59,926 nt of DNA from an uncultured Verrucomicrobiota bacterium. Lineage in GTDB: Bacteria > Verrucomicrobiota > Verrucomicrobiia > Limisphaerales > UBA9464. The stretch is from contig CAILNN010000251.1 of NCBI GenBank assembly GCA_903835555.1, positions 1-59,926 of the forward strand, read 5' to 3'. A program made the translations under genes and the position numbers. Of this stretch, positions 10,148 through 21,968 are shown piece by piece; positions within the stretch are counted from its first letter, which is position 1; each line of letters starts with the position of its first letter. The notes under the pieces were generated by a model, which saw only the letters and a program-made list of their open reading frames with translations, did not search any database and had not been told where the DNA came from.

Positions 10148-11329
10148 ATGGCACCCACTGGAAAATCCCGGGAACTGTTGTTTCTTGCCTTGGCTGCATT
10201 TGTCGGGCTGGGCGTCATACCCGCGTTAAATGCCTGGGTGCCTGCCGATAGTTTTCTCCATATCAGCGATTTCCGTATCAACCTGTGGGGCAAATATCTC
10301 TGCTATGCGGTATTGGCTCTGGGGGTCAACTTGCTTTGGGGGTACACGGGGCTATTGAGTCTTGGACAGTGCCTATTCTTTTCCCTGGGAGGGTATGCAT
10401 TGGGAATGCATTTGATGCTGAAAATCGGGCGATTGGGACAATACAAAGCCGATATCCCTGATTTCATGGTCTTCCTGGAGTTTGACAAACGTTTTCCAAC
10501 TACCGGGGGGCTTCCACCGCACTGGATTCCGTTTCATTCCATTGCGGTCGCCCTTCTGGCCGTGATTATCGTGCCGGCCGTGGTTGCCTATCTTTTTGGT
10601 TGGCTGGCATTTCGTTCCCGAATTAAGGGTGTCTATTTCTCGATTCTTAGTCAGGCACTCACCTATGCGGCCATGCTGATGTTTTTTCGCAACGATTTCA
10701 CCTTTGGCGGCAACAATGGGCTCACCGATTTCAAGTTCCTTTTGGGATTTGACCTGAATCAACCATCAACCAAGCGCGCCCTCTTCATGGCTTCCGTGGT
10801 CTTGCTCCTGTCGGTTTACTGGATGTGCCGTTGGCTGACTCAAACCAAATTCGGGCTTGTCCAACGAGCCATCCGCGATGGTGAAAATCGCGTGCTCTTC
10901 TCCGGCTACGCCACGGCCAATTTCAAACTCTTTGTCTTTGTCTTGGCCGCAATCATAGCCGGTCTGGGAGGTGCCCTGTTTGTGCCGCAAGTCGGTATCA
11001 TTAATCCCAGTGAAATGGCTCCGGACAAATCGCTTGAAGCTGTCGTGTGGTGTGCCGTTGGTGGACGAGGAAGTTTGATCGGACCAATCCTCGGTGCCAT
11101 TTTTGTCAACGGACTCAAGAGTTACGCGACCCGCGCATTTGCAGAGCAATGGCTCTACATCCTGGGCGGTTTATTTATTTTTGTCGTCTTATTCATGCCA
11201 AAGGGATTGGTTGGAGTCCCTCAACAACTTCGTGAACTCCTCCGTATGCGGATTTCCAAGAAGATCGAACCGAAGCCAGAAGTTCCTGGAGAGTCGGAAG
11301 GAGTGGTCCCGGCACCTACTGAGAAATAA
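10148..11329 (+). CDS. urtC: Urea ABC transporter permease
   Basis: [42 protein letters not shown]. Confidence 0.93.
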   Translation: MAPTGKSRELLFLALAAFVGLGVIPALNAWVPADSFLHISDFRINLWGKYLCYAVLALGVNLLWGYTGLLSLGQCLFFSLGGYALGMHLMLKIGRLGQYKADIPDFMVFLEFDKRFPTTGGLPPHWIPFHSIAVALLAVIIVPAVVAYLFGWLAFRSRIKGVYFSILSQALTYAAMLMFFRNDFTFGGNNGLTDFKFLLGFDLNQPSTKRALFMASVVLLLSVYWMCRWLTQTKFGLVQRAIRDGENRVLFSGYATANFKLFVFVLAAIIAGLGGALFVPQVGIINPSEMAPDKSLEAVVWCAVGGRGSLIGPILGAIFVNGLKSYATRAFAEQWLYILGGLFIFVVLFMPKGLVGVPQQLRELLRMRISKKIEPKPEVPGESEGVVPAPTEK

Positions 11330-12090
11330 TGGCGCACCTCATTCTAAAGCTCGAAGGAGTCAACAAATCCTTCGATGGCTATAAAGCAATCACCGACCTG
11401 AATTTCTACCTGGATGAAGGGGAACTCCGTGTGATCATCGGTCCCAACGGGGCCGGAAAAAGCACCATGATGGATATTATCACGGGCCGCACGCGCCCGG
11501 ATTCTGGTGCGGTGGAATTTGGTCGGGACATCGATTTGACCCGCCTAAACGAATACCAGATCAACCGTCTGGGTATCGGGCGAAAATTCCAAACCCCCTC
11601 GGTATATACGGAACATACCGTTTTCGAGAATCTCTGGCTTTCACTGGAAGGCCCCCGAAGTGTTTGGTCGACCTTGTTTTCCCGATTGAATTCTTCTCAG
11701 CGAGATCGCATTGAAGAGATTCTGAAAACGGTGGGATTAAACGGGAAAAGTTCCTGGAATGCCGGAGCCCTGTCTCATGGACAAAAGCAGTGGCTCGAAA
11801 TAGGCATGCTGCTGGCCCAAAATCCCAAGGTACTCCTGGTCGATGAACCGGCAGCTGGCATGACCGATGAGGAAACGGCCAAGACAGGCGAATTGCTGGT
11901 CAGCCTGGCCGGTCGCCACAGCGTGGTGGTGATCGAACACGACATGGTATTCGTCCGCCAAATTGCCCGAAAAGTGACCGTGTTACATCAGGGCCACGTC
12001 TTGTGTGAGGGAACCGTGGACGATGTGCAAAACAATGAGCGAGTGATCGAGGTCTACCTCGGTCGAAAGAAGCGGGGGGAACACGCGTGA
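11329..12090 (+). CDS. urtD: Urea ABC transporter ATP-binding protein
   Basis: GPNGAGKS, IGRKFQTPSV, LSHGQKQWLEIGM. Confidence 0.93.
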   Translation: MAHLILKLEGVNKSFDGYKAITDLNFYLDEGELRVIIGPNGAGKSTMMDIITGRTRPDSGAVEFGRDIDLTRLNEYQINRLGIGRKFQTPSVYTEHTVFENLWLSLEGPRSVWSTLFSRLNSSQRDRIEEILKTVGLNGKSSWNAGALSHGQKQWLEIGMLLAQNPKVLLVDEPAAGMTDEETAKTGELLVSLAGRHSVVVIEHDMVFVRQIARKVTVLHQGHVLCEGTVDDVQNNERVIEVYLGRKKRGEHA

Positions 12091-12782
12091 TCACTCTTTC
12101 AGATATTTCGGTTTCGTATGACGGTTCTCGCATCCTGCGGGGAGTGAATCTGAGCGTCCCCGAGAAGGGCCTCATCTGCCTCATGGGCCGAAACGGCGTC
12201 GGCAAGACCACAACTCTGAAGGCCATCATGGGCTTGGTGCGCACGGATGGTGGGAGTGTCCGTTTGGGAAGTACCGACCTCACCGGCATGCGTCCCGAGG
12301 AGCGATCCCGCTGCGGTGTCGGCTTTGTTCCCCAAGGCCGTGATATTTTCCCCAATCTGACGGTCTGGGAAAACCTCAAGCTGAGTCTCGTCCTGCATGG
12401 GCCGCATGGAACCGATGAGGTGGACCGAGTCTTCGAACTCTTTCCGGTCCTCAAGGAAATGCTGGCGCGCAAAGGCGGCGTTCTGAGCGGTGGTCAACAA
12501 CAGCAATTGGCGATTGGTCGCGCCTTGTTGACCCATCCCCGTGTCCTCCTGTTGGATGAGCCCACCGAAGGAATTCAACCGAATATCATCGATCAAATTG
12601 GTGATGCCCTCATCAAGATCAAGCAAGAAGGTAAAATCAGCATCTTGTTGGTGGAACAATACCTCGATTTTTGCCTGAACGTCGGGGATGGCTTCTATAT
12701 CATGGAACGCGGGACGATCGTAGCCAGCGGCCCGATTTCCCGTCTCAATGATGAAAATGTTCGTAAGTTGCTCACGGTGTGA
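12087..12782 (+). CDS. urtE: Urea ABC transporter ATP-binding protein
   Basis: GRNGVGKTT, LSGGQQQQLAIGRAL, LLLDEPTEGIQP. Confidence 0.93.
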   Translation: MITLSDISVSYDGSRILRGVNLSVPEKGLICLMGRNGVGKTTTLKAIMGLVRTDGGSVRLGSTDLTGMRPEERSRCGVGFVPQGRDIFPNLTVWENLKLSLVLHGPHGTDEVDRVFELFPVLKEMLARKGGVLSGGQQQQLAIGRALLTHPRVLLLDEPTEGIQPNIIDQIGDALIKIKQEGKISILLVEQYLDFCLNVGDGFYIMERGTIVASGPISRLNDENVRKLLTV

Positions 12783-13645
12783 GTATTTGGTTTCCAGGAA
12801 GTGTCGGTCGACCTGCGCCGGAATTGTCGTCCGGCCCGATCCCCAATTCCTTAATCGTGAATCAAGTCTGTGGCCAAAGCGCTGTGCTTTCGGCCCGTTC
12901 GGTCGCTCCCGTGCGCATATTAGTGCCTCGGCCGCGAGGAACATCCGTTTGGTGTTTTGGCAGCAGTCTCGGAGGCGGCTTGGTCGCTGGAGATCAGACG
13001 CGACTGGAAATCGACGTAGGCCCAGCTAGTCGATGCTTTTGGGGAACTCAGTCTTCAACCAAGGTATATCGAAATCCCCATCGGCTTCCGTGCCGCCAAG
13101 ACTTGACGGCATCCGTGGCGGCTCGGGCGGTTTTCGTCTGCCTGCCCGATTTGGTCCAACTTTTCGCCGATTCAACCTTTGAACAACAACAGTCATTTTC
13201 TCTCGCCGCAGACGCCAGCCTGGTTCTGTTGGATGGACTATCTTCTGGCAGATCGGCCTGTGGCGAACGATGGGCCTTCAATCGGTACTGCAGCCGCGTG
13301 GAAATTCGCGTCGAGGGCGACCTTTGTTACTGGGATACTCTACGGCTTGACTCCTCCGATAAATCCATCGCGGGACCGCAGCGGTTGGGGCGGTTTAATA
13401 CCCTCAGCACGCTGATTCTGATCGGCCCGGAAGTTTCCACAGCGGTTGCCTCGTTGTTGGAATCCGTTGCCCAACGACCGGTTTTTCGCCGTTCCAACCT
13501 GAATGTCAGCACTCATCCCATTCGAGGTGGTGCCCTGCTACGGGTGGCTGCAGAGTCGGTCGAATCGGCGCACCGCGAGATTCGTTCGCACCTCGGCTTC
13601 CTTTCCGCTCTTCTGGGTGATAATCCTTTTGCACGAAAGTGGTGA
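12779..13645 (+). CDS. ureD: Urease accessory protein
   Basis: [28 protein letters not shown]; lies directly before the urease structural genes. Confidence 0.9.
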   Translation: MSIWFPGSVGRPAPELSSGPIPNSLIVNQVCGQSAVLSARSVAPVRILVPRPRGTSVWCFGSSLGGGLVAGDQTRLEIDVGPASRCFWGTQSSTKVYRNPHRLPCRQDLTASVAARAVFVCLPDLVQLFADSTFEQQQSFSLAADASLVLLDGLSSGRSACGERWAFNRYCSRVEIRVEGDLCYWDTLRLDSSDKSIAGPQRLGRFNTLSTLILIGPEVSTAVASLLESVAQRPVFRRSNLNVSTHPIRGGALLRVAAESVESAHREIRSHLGFLSALLGDNPFARKW

Positions 13646-13649
13646 TTCC

Positions 13650-14411
13650 ATGCATCTGACGCCCCGCGACATCGATAAATTGTTGCTCCACAACGCCGGA
13701 TTCTTGGCGCAAAAGCGCTTGGCGCGTGGAGTTCGCCTCAATCATCCCGAGTCCGTGGCGTTGATTGCCACGCAACTCTTGGAGTTTATCCGCGACGGAA
13801 AATCCGTGGCCGAACTGATGGACTTGGGACGTCGCTTTCTAGGACGCCGCCAAGTCATGCCGGGCGTACCTTCGATGATCTCCGATGTCCAGGTGGAGGG
13901 AACTTTTCCCGATGGCACCAAATTGGTCACGGTGCACCACCCGATCGCGGCGGAAGATGGAGACCTAAGTCTCGCCCTTTATGGCAGTTTTCTGCCGATT
14001 CCCCCAGTCTCTCCAGAGACCAATTCCGACGAAAAGGAAGGAGAACCAGGCGAAATCGTCCCCATGGAAGGAACGATTGAGCTGAACGCTGGTCGCGATG
14101 CGGTCACCCTCACCGTGACCAATCTGGGAGACCGACCGGTGCAGGTGGGTAGTCATTATCACTTTATCGAAACCAACGCCTCGCTGCAATTTGATCGATC
14201 AATGGCCTACGGACGTCGACTGGATATCCCGGCGGGCACGGCTGTCCGATTTGAGCCGGGGGAGTCGAAGTCGGTTCGGTTGGTCGAGATCGCCGGACGC
14301 CGAATCATACGAGGCGGCAATAATCTGGCTGACGGTCCGGTCAATGAAGAAAACCGCGAGGCGGCGATGATTCGAGTGCAAGTCGGCGGATTCGCTCATT
14401 CCAAGGAATAA
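13650..14411 (+). CDS. ureAB: Urease gamma/beta fused subunit
   Basis: [11 protein letters not shown]...[15 protein letters not shown] (gamma) fused to [15 protein letters not shown]...GTAVRFEPG (beta). Confidence 0.95.
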   Translation: MHLTPRDIDKLLLHNAGFLAQKRLARGVRLNHPESVALIATQLLEFIRDGKSVAELMDLGRRFLGRRQVMPGVPSMISDVQVEGTFPDGTKLVTVHHPIAAEDGDLSLALYGSFLPIPPVSPETNSDEKEGEPGEIVPMEGTIELNAGRDAVTLTVTNLGDRPVQVGSHYHFIETNASLQFDRSMAYGRRLDIPAGTAVRFEPGESKSVRLVEIAGRRIIRGGNNLADGPVNEENREAAMIRVQVGGFAHSKE

Positions 14412-14413
14412 CC

Positions 14414-16129
14414 ATGGCGCATAATATGTCCCGGCGGCATTACGCCGAAATGTTTGGTCCGACCACCGGTGATCTCGTCCGATTGGCCGATACGGAACTT
14501 TTCCTGGAGGTGGAAGGGGATCACTGTGTTCCGGGAGACGAATGCAAATTCGGAGGCGGCAAGACGATTCGCGAAGGCATGGGGCAGGCCGCTGGCGTCT
14601 CTGCAGCAGAAGCACTTGATTGCGTGATCACCAACGCGGTCATTGTTGATTATACCGGAATTTACAAAGCAGATGTTGGGATTAAACACGGCGTGATTGT
14701 CGGCCTCGGTAAAGCCGGAAATCCCGATGTCATGGCGGGGGTTTCACCGACAATGATCGTGGGTGTAACGACCGAAGTCATTGCCGGGGAAGGTCTGCTG
14801 CTGACAGCGGGTGGCATCGATACCCACATCCACTTTATTTGTCCACAACAAGCCTACGAGGCTATCGCGGCCGGATTAACCACCATGGTCGGTGGCGGAA
14901 CAGGGCCCGCTACGGGCACCTGTGCGACCACGTGCACACCGAGTCCATTCTATCTCCGGGCCATGTTGCAGGCGACGGATTCCTTGCCATTAAATTTTGG
15001 CTTTACCGGTAAGGGAAACACCGCATTGCCCGAAGGCCTTCGCGACCAGATTCAGGCCGGTGCAATCGGGCTCAAGCTTCATGAGGATTGGGGTACTAGC
15101 CCGGCTGCGATCGATTGCTGCCTCCGAGTCGCCGATGCGCATGACGTTCAGGTAACCATCCATACGGATACCCTGAATGAATCAGGCTTCGTTGAGGCAA
15201 CCTTGGCGGCGATTGGTGGACGAACCATCCACACCTATCACTCCGAAGGAGCGGGCGGTGGGCACGCCCCGGATATCATCCGAGTCTGCGGCGAAGCTCA
15301 TGTACTCCCGAGTTCCACCAATCCCACCCGACCCTTTACGGTCAATACGCTGGATGAACACCTGGACATGTTGATGGTCTGCCACCATCTGGATCCTTCC
15401 TTGCCAGAAGATGTCGCCTTCGCCGAAAGCCGAATTCGTGGCGAAACCATCGCCGCAGAGGATATTCTCCATGATCTCGGGGCGATTAGCATGATGAGCT
15501 CCGATTCGCAGGCGATGGGCCGCATCGGCGAGGTCATCACCCGAACATGGCAAACGGCGGACAAAATGAAGCGCCAGCGGGGGCGTTTACCCGGGGAAGT
15601 CGGGGTCAACGATAACCTCCGAATCAAACGCTACATCTCCAAATACACCATCAATCCGGCCTTATCTCATGGCATGGCTCATGTGATCGGTTCGATTGAA
15701 GTTGGTAAAATCGCCGATATTGTGCTCTGGAAGCCGGCGTTGTTCGGAGTGAAACCCGAGATGGTCATCAAGGGGGGCATCATTGCCTGGGCTCAGATGG
15801 GAGACCCAAATGCCAGCATCCCAACGCCGCAACCGGTCCTGATGCGTCCCATGTTTGGTAGCTTTGGTCGGGCCTGCGGTGCCTGCTCCATCGCTTTCAT
15901 CAGCCAACTCTGCCAAGCGGAAGGGATCGCGCACAGCTATGGACTGAGCAAACGCCTCGAAGCGGTTCGCGGGTGTCGCGAACTGGGGAAACGGGACCTG
16001 AAGTGGAATGATGCCACTCCCCGCATCGAAGTCGATCCAGAGACCTACCTGGTGACCGCAGATGGGGAAGCCTTGCGATGTGAACCAGCGGAACGACTGG
16101 CGTTGGCTCAGCGTTATCACCTGTTTTGA
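14414..16129 (+). CDS. ureC: Urease alpha subunit
   Basis: [40 protein letters not shown] and SDSQAMGR are all intact. Confidence 0.98.
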   Translation: MAHNMSRRHYAEMFGPTTGDLVRLADTELFLEVEGDHCVPGDECKFGGGKTIREGMGQAAGVSAAEALDCVITNAVIVDYTGIYKADVGIKHGVIVGLGKAGNPDVMAGVSPTMIVGVTTEVIAGEGLLLTAGGIDTHIHFICPQQAYEAIAAGLTTMVGGGTGPATGTCATTCTPSPFYLRAMLQATDSLPLNFGFTGKGNTALPEGLRDQIQAGAIGLKLHEDWGTSPAAIDCCLRVADAHDVQVTIHTDTLNESGFVEATLAAIGGRTIHTYHSEGAGGGHAPDIIRVCGEAHVLPSSTNPTRPFTVNTLDEHLDMLMVCHHLDPSLPEDVAFAESRIRGETIAAEDILHDLGAISMMSSDSQAMGRIGEVITRTWQTADKMKRQRGRLPGEVGVNDNLRIKRYISKYTINPALSHGMAHVIGSIEVGKIADIVLWKPALFGVKPEMVIKGGIIAWAQMGDPNASIPTPQPVLMRPMFGSFGRACGACSIAFISQLCQAEGIAHSYGLSKRLEAVRGCRELGKRDLKWNDATPRIEVDPETYLVTADGEALRCEPAERLALAQRYHLF

Positions 16130-16130
16130 G

Positions 16131-16793
16131 ATGTCCGTGGCTGCTCCAACCGTGGAGGCTCTACCGGGTTTGGTTTGGCAGTTGGCCGATTCTGCCTTTC
16201 CCGGAGGTGGCTTTGCCCATTCTTTGGGGCTCGAAGCAGCCTGGCAACACGGCGAGATTCGCAATGAGGTGGAATTGGCCGGGTATTTGGAGATTAGTCT
16301 GAGGCAGGCAGCCTGTTCATCCGTGCCATTCGTAACCGCCGTCTATGATGATCCAACATCACTGCCTGATGTCGATCGGCGTGCGGATATCTGGTTAATC
16401 AATCCCGTCGCCAACCGCGCCAGTCGGTTGCAGGGCAGGGCGCTGCATTCGTCGGCATGGCGTATATTTCGGGTATCCCTTGAGAATACACCGTTTCGTC
16501 ACCTCTCGCCAGTCCTGGGCGCGCTGCTCAAGTCAATGTCCTTCTCTCGCTTGGATTCCGTGCGATTATCGCTATTCCTGCACCTCCGCGGGTTGTTGAG
16601 TGCCGCGGTTCGCCTGGGCATCGTGGGGCCATTGGAAGCTCAGTCGATTCAGTTCGACCGCCAGAGACTTCTGGAGGATTTGGTCGTAACCTCCGGGCAA
16701 TTGTCCCTCAACGATGTTTCCCAGATGGCTCCTCTCCACGATATCTGGCAGGCCAATCACGATCGACTGACATCCCGACTTTTCCAAAGCTGA
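16131..16793 (+). CDS. ureF: Urease accessory protein
   Basis: [38 protein letters not shown]-terminal SRLFQS. Confidence 0.92.
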   Translation: MSVAAPTVEALPGLVWQLADSAFPGGGFAHSLGLEAAWQHGEIRNEVELAGYLEISLRQAACSSVPFVTAVYDDPTSLPDVDRRADIWLINPVANRASRLQGRALHSSAWRIFRVSLENTPFRHLSPVLGALLKSMSFSRLDSVRLSLFLHLRGLLSAAVRLGIVGPLEAQSIQFDRQRLLEDLVVTSGQLSLNDVSQMAPLHDIWQANHDRLTSRLFQS

Positions 16794-16809
16794 ACCCGTC
16801 TTTTTTATC

Positions 16810-17556
16810 ATGCATTCGCATTCGCACGCCCTCCCCCATTCTCATGCTCACGGTCCCGTAGGGCATACTCATGAACACCTGGATCACCCCGGCCATTTCC
16901 AAGACCGGGAACGCCCATTTCATCGTGATTTTCAGCAGCGAGCCTTTACCGTGGGTGTGGGAGGACCGGTCGGCAGTGGAAAAACGGCCCTAATGTTGGA
17001 ACTTTGCCGCCACCTTCGAGACCGGGTGAAGCTCGCTGCCGTTACGAATGATATCTTTACCCGGGAAGACGGGGAATTTCTAATTCGGCACCACGCACTC
17101 GATGCCAATCGTATCCGTGCGGTCGAGACCGGCGGTTGTCCTCATGCGGCCATCCGCGAGGATATTTCTTCAAACTTGGTTGCCCTGGAGGAACTCCAGG
17201 AGCAGTTTCGTCCCGACATACTGCTCCTGGAATCCGGTGGAGATAACCTGGCCGCCTGTTTTAGCCGGGAGCTCGCCGATTTTACCATCCAGGTCATCGA
17301 TGTCGCCGGGGGCGATAAAATCCCCCGCAAGGGCGGTCCCGGTTTGACCCAATCCGACCTATTGGTGATTAATAAGACCGATTTGGCTCCCGCAGTGGGT
17401 GCGGACCTGGCCGTAATGGAACGGGATACGAGGAAAATGCGGGGCAATGGCCCCTATGTTTTCGCCCAGGTCAAATACGCTGTGGGTGTCCCCGAGATCG
17501 TCGGGCATATTTTGCACGCTTGGCAGCATGCCATGGGGCATGTGCACACCCACTGA
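16810..17556 (+). CDS. ureG: Urease accessory GTPase with His-rich termini
   Basis: [33 protein letters not shown]; N-terminal HSHSH...HTHEH. Confidence 0.96.
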   Translation: MHSHSHALPHSHAHGPVGHTHEHLDHPGHFQDRERPFHRDFQQRAFTVGVGGPVGSGKTALMLELCRHLRDRVKLAAVTNDIFTREDGEFLIRHHALDANRIRAVETGGCPHAAIREDISSNLVALEELQEQFRPDILLLESGGDNLAACFSRELADFTIQVIDVAGGDKIPRKGGPGLTQSDLLVINKTDLAPAVGADLAVMERDTRKMRGNGPYVFAQVKYAVGVPEIVGHILHAWQHAMGHVHTH

Positions 17557-17676
17557 AAGCGGTTTTCAGCATTTGTCCACACGGGTTGCGGGATTCGATT
17601 CGGCTTCATCCGCCGGAGGTCGGAAAACAGTCGGCCCGACCTTTTTGCCAACGCCAATCGTGAACGGAAACGGTCC

Positions 17677-18570
17677 CTAACGTCGCCCTTTTTGTTCCAG
17701 CCACTGGACAAGTTCAGCCGGATGATCGGTTTGGAAGCCATCAATGTCTTTGGCGCAAACCTTTTCCCAATAGTCAGGGTTTTCGTCGCCCCTCTGGATG
17801 TCGGACCAGAACTTCAGCTGCTCTTTGGCGAACTCCGGACGAATGGTTGATTCGGGTGCTTGGTCCAGGACCTGCGGTTTGAACCGTGTGACAAATGCGC
17901 GCATAACCGCCCGGTTGGTCAACGCCCGATCTGGAGGACTGGTGATGGTCGGCATCTCCGGCGCTACATCATGCCATTCGGCGACCCCGGATGCGTTGTC
18001 GTAAATGACCACGCTACCCGCCATCCCATTCGCACGGATAATTTCGGCAGCGACGCTTCGATCCCCTGCCTTGAAGTCGACATACACATCGATATGTCCC
18101 TTGGCCGCCTTGAGAGCCTCTTCAAAAAGTGGGATTCGAGATGGCGGCGCGTTGGTAACGGATTTGTCCTTGACCTGAAGTTTGGAGAGCTGGTCCCACA
18201 TTAAGTCAGCAACCTTTCCATGCCCATCGGTGGTTCGGTCCACCGAACCGTCGTGCATGATCACATACCGCCCATCTTGGGAGCGCCGAACATCCATTTC
18301 GGTAAAGTCGGCCCCCGCTTCAATAGCCCCCTGGATTGCCTCAAGAGTGTTTTCGTGATGATGCAGGTGTTCTCCCCGGTGGGCGATCACAATGGTGCGG
18401 TGTTGTGTCGGCGGCAGCTTGGGTCTTTCGTCTGCGGCAAATATAATTGGTGTGCCAACGAGCAAACCCACGGCGAAAATGGCCGCAGTATTCTTCCCGG
18501 TGGCAAGAGGAAGACTTCCAAAACGAGGGAAAATGGATTCTAGCGTGCGCACGATGAATAATGACGTCAT
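17677..18570 (-). CDS. Glycerophosphodiester phosphodiesterase family protein (exported)
   Basis: IAHRG, ENTLEA, EMDVRRS.DG..VIMHD, C-terminal DGFQTDHP. Confidence 0.88.
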   Translation of the reverse strand: MTSLFIVRTLESIFPRFGSLPLATGKNTAAIFAVGLLVGTPIIFAADERPKLPPTQHRTIVIAHRGEHLHHHENTLEAIQGAIEAGADFTEMDVRRSQDGRYVIMHDGSVDRTTDGHGKVADLMWDQLSKLQVKDKSVTNAPPSRIPLFEEALKAAKGHIDVYVDFKAGDRSVAAEIIRANGMAGSVVIYDNASGVAEWHDVAPEMPTITSPPDRALTNRAVMRAFVTRFKPQVLDQAPESTIRPEFAKEQLKFWSDIQRGDENPDYWEKVCAKDIDGFQTDHPAELVQWLEQKGRR

Positions 18571-18720
18571 CAGCCGCGAATTTGTGGGTTAATTGCTGAT
18601 TTGTCGACCGATCTTCAACGATGCCGAGAAACGTCACGGAGCCCAGCAAATCTACCGCAGAGTCGTTTCTCCAGTGCCAACAGTTGCCGCTCCCGATTTG
18701 TCGTCCAACTTGGCTGGGTT

Positions 18721-19188
18721 ATGTCGATTCACGATTTACCGCTGGTCAATGCCGGATTGAACGGGCTCAGCGCTCTCTTGCTGGCAATGGGAGGCTGGCT
18801 GATTCATCGAGGGAAGCGCGAAGCCCACCGGAATTGCATGGTGTCGGCTTTTGTCAGTTCCTCCCTGTTTCTGGCATCGTATCTGTACTACCACGCTCAT
18901 GTTGGAACCACTCGCTTTGAAAAGCCGGTCGAATTCCGTCCCTACTACCTCGCCTTGCTCTTGAGTCATACGCTGCTGGCCGTGCTGATTGTGCCGCTGA
19001 TCTTCGTCACTTTCCGGCTCGCTTTTCGAGGGCAATTTGAGCGCCACAAGGCGTTCGCCCGCTGGACCTTTCCTTTATGGATGTACGTCTCGGTGACGGG
19101 TGTGGTCATTTATTTGTTGCTCTACCAGATATTCCCCCAAGCACCGTCTCCGGGCCAAAACCTGGACGCACCCTCCTGGAGAATTTAA
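18721..19188 (+). CDS. DUF420 family membrane protein
   Basis: LPLVNA.LN, AHRNCM, SHT.LA, HK.FARWTFPLWMYVSVTGV. Confidence 0.88.
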   Translation: MSIHDLPLVNAGLNGLSALLLAMGGWLIHRGKREAHRNCMVSAFVSSSLFLASYLYYHAHVGTTRFEKPVEFRPYYLALLLSHTLLAVLIVPLIFVTFRLAFRGQFERHKAFARWTFPLWMYVSVTGVVIYLLLYQIFPQAPSPGQNLDAPSWRI

Positions 19189-19422
19189 ATTTAGGGCTTT
19201 GTTCAGTGGTAGTTTGCGCCGTTCCCAGAGATGAGCTGCCAACGTGAAGGGCTTACTTCATGGTTTGGGTGCGATGGGACTATTCGCTTCATATCACGCT
19301 GACGCGGAAAATTTTCTTTCAGGTTGCACCAAATGCCGAGATTCAGTAATCGAGCTTTGTTCGAATTCATAAGAATGCTGTCGAAAAACGGGGTGCCGAG
19401 TCAAAATTCAGTCCGACTAATC

Positions 19423-21879
19423 GTGAACTCGCGAATTCTCATCTTTATTTTGGCAGTGGCCATTCCGGTATCCCTCACGGAGAGTAGGCTCCTTTCGTCG
19501 GACCCCCCCGAATCCGTCCGCATCGCTGAGAAAGTCAGAACGATGCATTTGATGCCCGGTTTCCTGCCCCTTTATTGGGACTCCAAGACCGGCAAGATGT
19601 GGATGGAGATCGCAACCTTCGACTCAGATTTCTTGTATGTCGACTCGTTGCCTGCTGGCCTTGGATCGAATGACATCGGGCTGGACCGTGGCCAACTCGG
19701 GCGCGAACGGGTGGTACGTTTCACGCGCAATGGTCCCAAAATACTCCTGGTCCAACAGAACCTCGCCTTCCGGGCAGAGCAGGGGACCGAGGCCGAGAAA
19801 CGGGCGGTGCAGGATTCATTTGCGCAATCTGTTGTCGCTGGGTTCGATCTTGCTGCCGAGGAAAATGGACGTGTGCTGGTGGATGCTACCGCGTTTTTCT
19901 TGCGCGACGCCCATGACGTCGTCGGGACGCTCAAGCGTGCCAAGCAGGGTGCTTATGTTTTGGACCCCGCACGCAGTGCTTTCCATCTTGCCAATACCAA
20001 GAACTTCCCTCGCAACACCGAGGTCGAAGTTACATTGACCTTTACCGGTAGCGAGCCCGGCAACTGGGTGGAGGATGTGGCTCCCGACCCCACCTCGCTC
20101 ACCATTCGGACTCGCCATTCACTCATTGAGCTGCCAGGCCCGGGCTATACCCCGCGAGCTTTTGATCCTCGATCTGGCTTTTATCCGGTGAGCTTTGCCG
20201 ACTACTCCGCGCCAATAGGGACTCCCTTGGTGCGGCAGTTCATTCCTCGGCATCGTTTGCAGAAAAAGGACCCCACGCCACACCGTACCGAGGCCGTCAC
20301 GCCAATCGTCTATTACCTCGACCCGGCCACCCCTGAGCCAGTGCGTGGTGCGTTGCTGGAGGGTGCGCGCTGGTGGGAACAGGCCTTTGAAGTTGCCGGT
20401 TTTATCGATGGTTTCCGAGTGGAGATGCTCCCCGAGGGGGCCGATCCCATGGATGTCCGGTACAATGTCATCCAATGGGTGCACCGCGCGACACGCGGGT
20501 GGTCGTATGGCAGTACAATCACCGATCCCCGCACAGGTGAGATTATCAAAGGACATGTCACCCTCGGATCGCTCCGCGTTCGACAGGACTATCTAATCGC
20601 CGAAGGCCTCCTGGCACCCTACGAGACGGGAAAGCCAGCCTCGCCCGAGATGGAAAAAATGGCTTTGGCGCGCCTACGGCAGTTAGCCGCCCATGAAGTC
20701 GGTCACACGCTTGGGCTTGTGCACAATTTTATCTCGAGCACAGCCGACCGCTCATCGGTCATGGATTATCCGCCCCCTTTCGCGACCCTCCGGAACGATG
20801 GTACTATCGATCTCTCGAACGCCTACGCTCATGGCATTGGCGAATGGGACAAAGTCGCCATCTTCTACGGATATGCACAGTTCACCCCGGGCGTCGATGA
20901 GACCGTCGCACTGACGGGCTTACTAAAGGACGCCCGCGCACGGGGCCTGACACTAATGACCGACAAGGACGCCCGCCCGCTGGGGAGCCCCCATCCTCAA
21001 GCGCATCTCTGGGATATCGGTGTCAATCCCGTCGACGAGTTGCAACGAATACTGGCAGTACGCAAGAGCGCCATCGCGCACTTCGGTGAAAATGCCATCA
21101 GAACCGGTCGCCCGTTGGCCTCTCTAGAGGAGGTGCTCGTTCCTCTTTACCTGATGCATCGGTACCAAATAGAGGCGACGGCGAAATCGATCGCTGGTGT
21201 ATCCTACACTTATTCGCTCCGGGGCGACGGCCAGACGCCACTCACACCGGTTCCGCCAGCCGAGCAGCGCCGCGCCCTGACGACGCTGCTCGGCGCTCTC
21301 GCGCCTGAAACGTTGGAGGTACCAGGGTCGGTCCTGAAGTTGATTCCGCCCCGACCTCTCGGTTTTGAACGGCACCGTGAGCTTTTCGCCAACCACACGG
21401 CGGGTACATTTGATGCGCTGGCCCCGGCCGAGGCTGCCGCCCAGATGACATTTGCCGCCGTTCTCGAACCTGCCCGCTGTGCGCGGTTGGTGGTGCAAAA
21501 TGCCCGCGATTCCACAATGCCCGGGCTCGATGAGGTCATCAGCCAGGTGCTGGACGCTACGTGGAAAAAGTCAGCGGGGGCGGATTACCGGAGCGAAATT
21601 CAGCGCACTGTCGATTCCGTAGCGCTGAATCAATTGATTGGTTTGGCGGCGGACAAAGACGCCACGACTCAAGTTCGCGCGGTAGCCGCTTTGAAGCTGG
21701 CCAGCTTGCGTGAGTGGTTGTTAAAGGCGGAAAAGCAAGCGCGACTTCCCGCCCAGCAAGCGCACCTCGCTTATGGAGCAGGTTTAGTATACCAGTACTT
21801 CGAACATCCGATGGAATTTGCGCCGCCCAGAATTCCCTCTCCTCCGCCGGGCTCTCCCATTGGTTGCGATTTCGAATAA
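19423..21879 (+). CDS. Secreted zinc-dependent metalloprotease (DUF5117/DUF4953-type)
   Basis: HEVGHTLGLVHN zinc motif, SSVMDY Met-turn, DPRTGEIIKG; start codon uncertain (19324-19423). Confidence 0.85.
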   Translation: MNSRILIFILAVAIPVSLTESRLLSSDPPESVRIAEKVRTMHLMPGFLPLYWDSKTGKMWMEIATFDSDFLYVDSLPAGLGSNDIGLDRGQLGRERVVRFTRNGPKILLVQQNLAFRAEQGTEAEKRAVQDSFAQSVVAGFDLAAEENGRVLVDATAFFLRDAHDVVGTLKRAKQGAYVLDPARSAFHLANTKNFPRNTEVEVTLTFTGSEPGNWVEDVAPDPTSLTIRTRHSLIELPGPGYTPRAFDPRSGFYPVSFADYSAPIGTPLVRQFIPRHRLQKKDPTPHRTEAVTPIVYYLDPATPEPVRGALLEGARWWEQAFEVAGFIDGFRVEMLPEGADPMDVRYNVIQWVHRATRGWSYGSTITDPRTGEIIKGHVTLGSLRVRQDYLIAEGLLAPYETGKPASPEMEKMALARLRQLAAHEVGHTLGLVHNFISSTADRSSVMDYPPPFATLRNDGTIDLSNAYAHGIGEWDKVAIFYGYAQFTPGVDETVALTGLLKDARARGLTLMTDKDARPLGSPHPQAHLWDIGVNPVDELQRILAVRKSAIAHFGENAIRTGRPLASLEEVLVPLYLMHRYQIEATAKSIAGVSYTYSLRGDGQTPLTPVPPAEQRRALTTLLGALAPETLEVPGSVLKLIPPRPLGFERHRELFANHTAGTFDALAPAEAAAQMTFAAVLEPARCARLVVQNARDSTMPGLDEVISQVLDATWKKSAGADYRSEIQRTVDSVALNQLIGLAADKDATTQVRAVAALKLASLREWLLKAEKQARLPAQQAHLAYGAGLVYQYFEHPMEFAPPRIPSPPPGSPIGCDFE

Positions 21880-21968
21880 GCAGTGCCAATGCATGAAACT
21901 ATCGGTCTCTTTGCTGGTAGATTCCGAAGAAAGGTATCGATCCCTGCCTAAAATGGGGGGCAACCTCG

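Noticed and set aside
12099-12944. 281-aa antisense ORF over urtE/ureD, and similar antisense ORFs across the window
   Set aside because: Fully overlaps well-supported genes; expected in GC-rich DNA.
19191-19400. IS-end-like words (GGCTTTGTT, GCTGTCGAAAAAC)
   Set aside because: Short matches with no paired inverted repeat, target duplication or transposase remnant.
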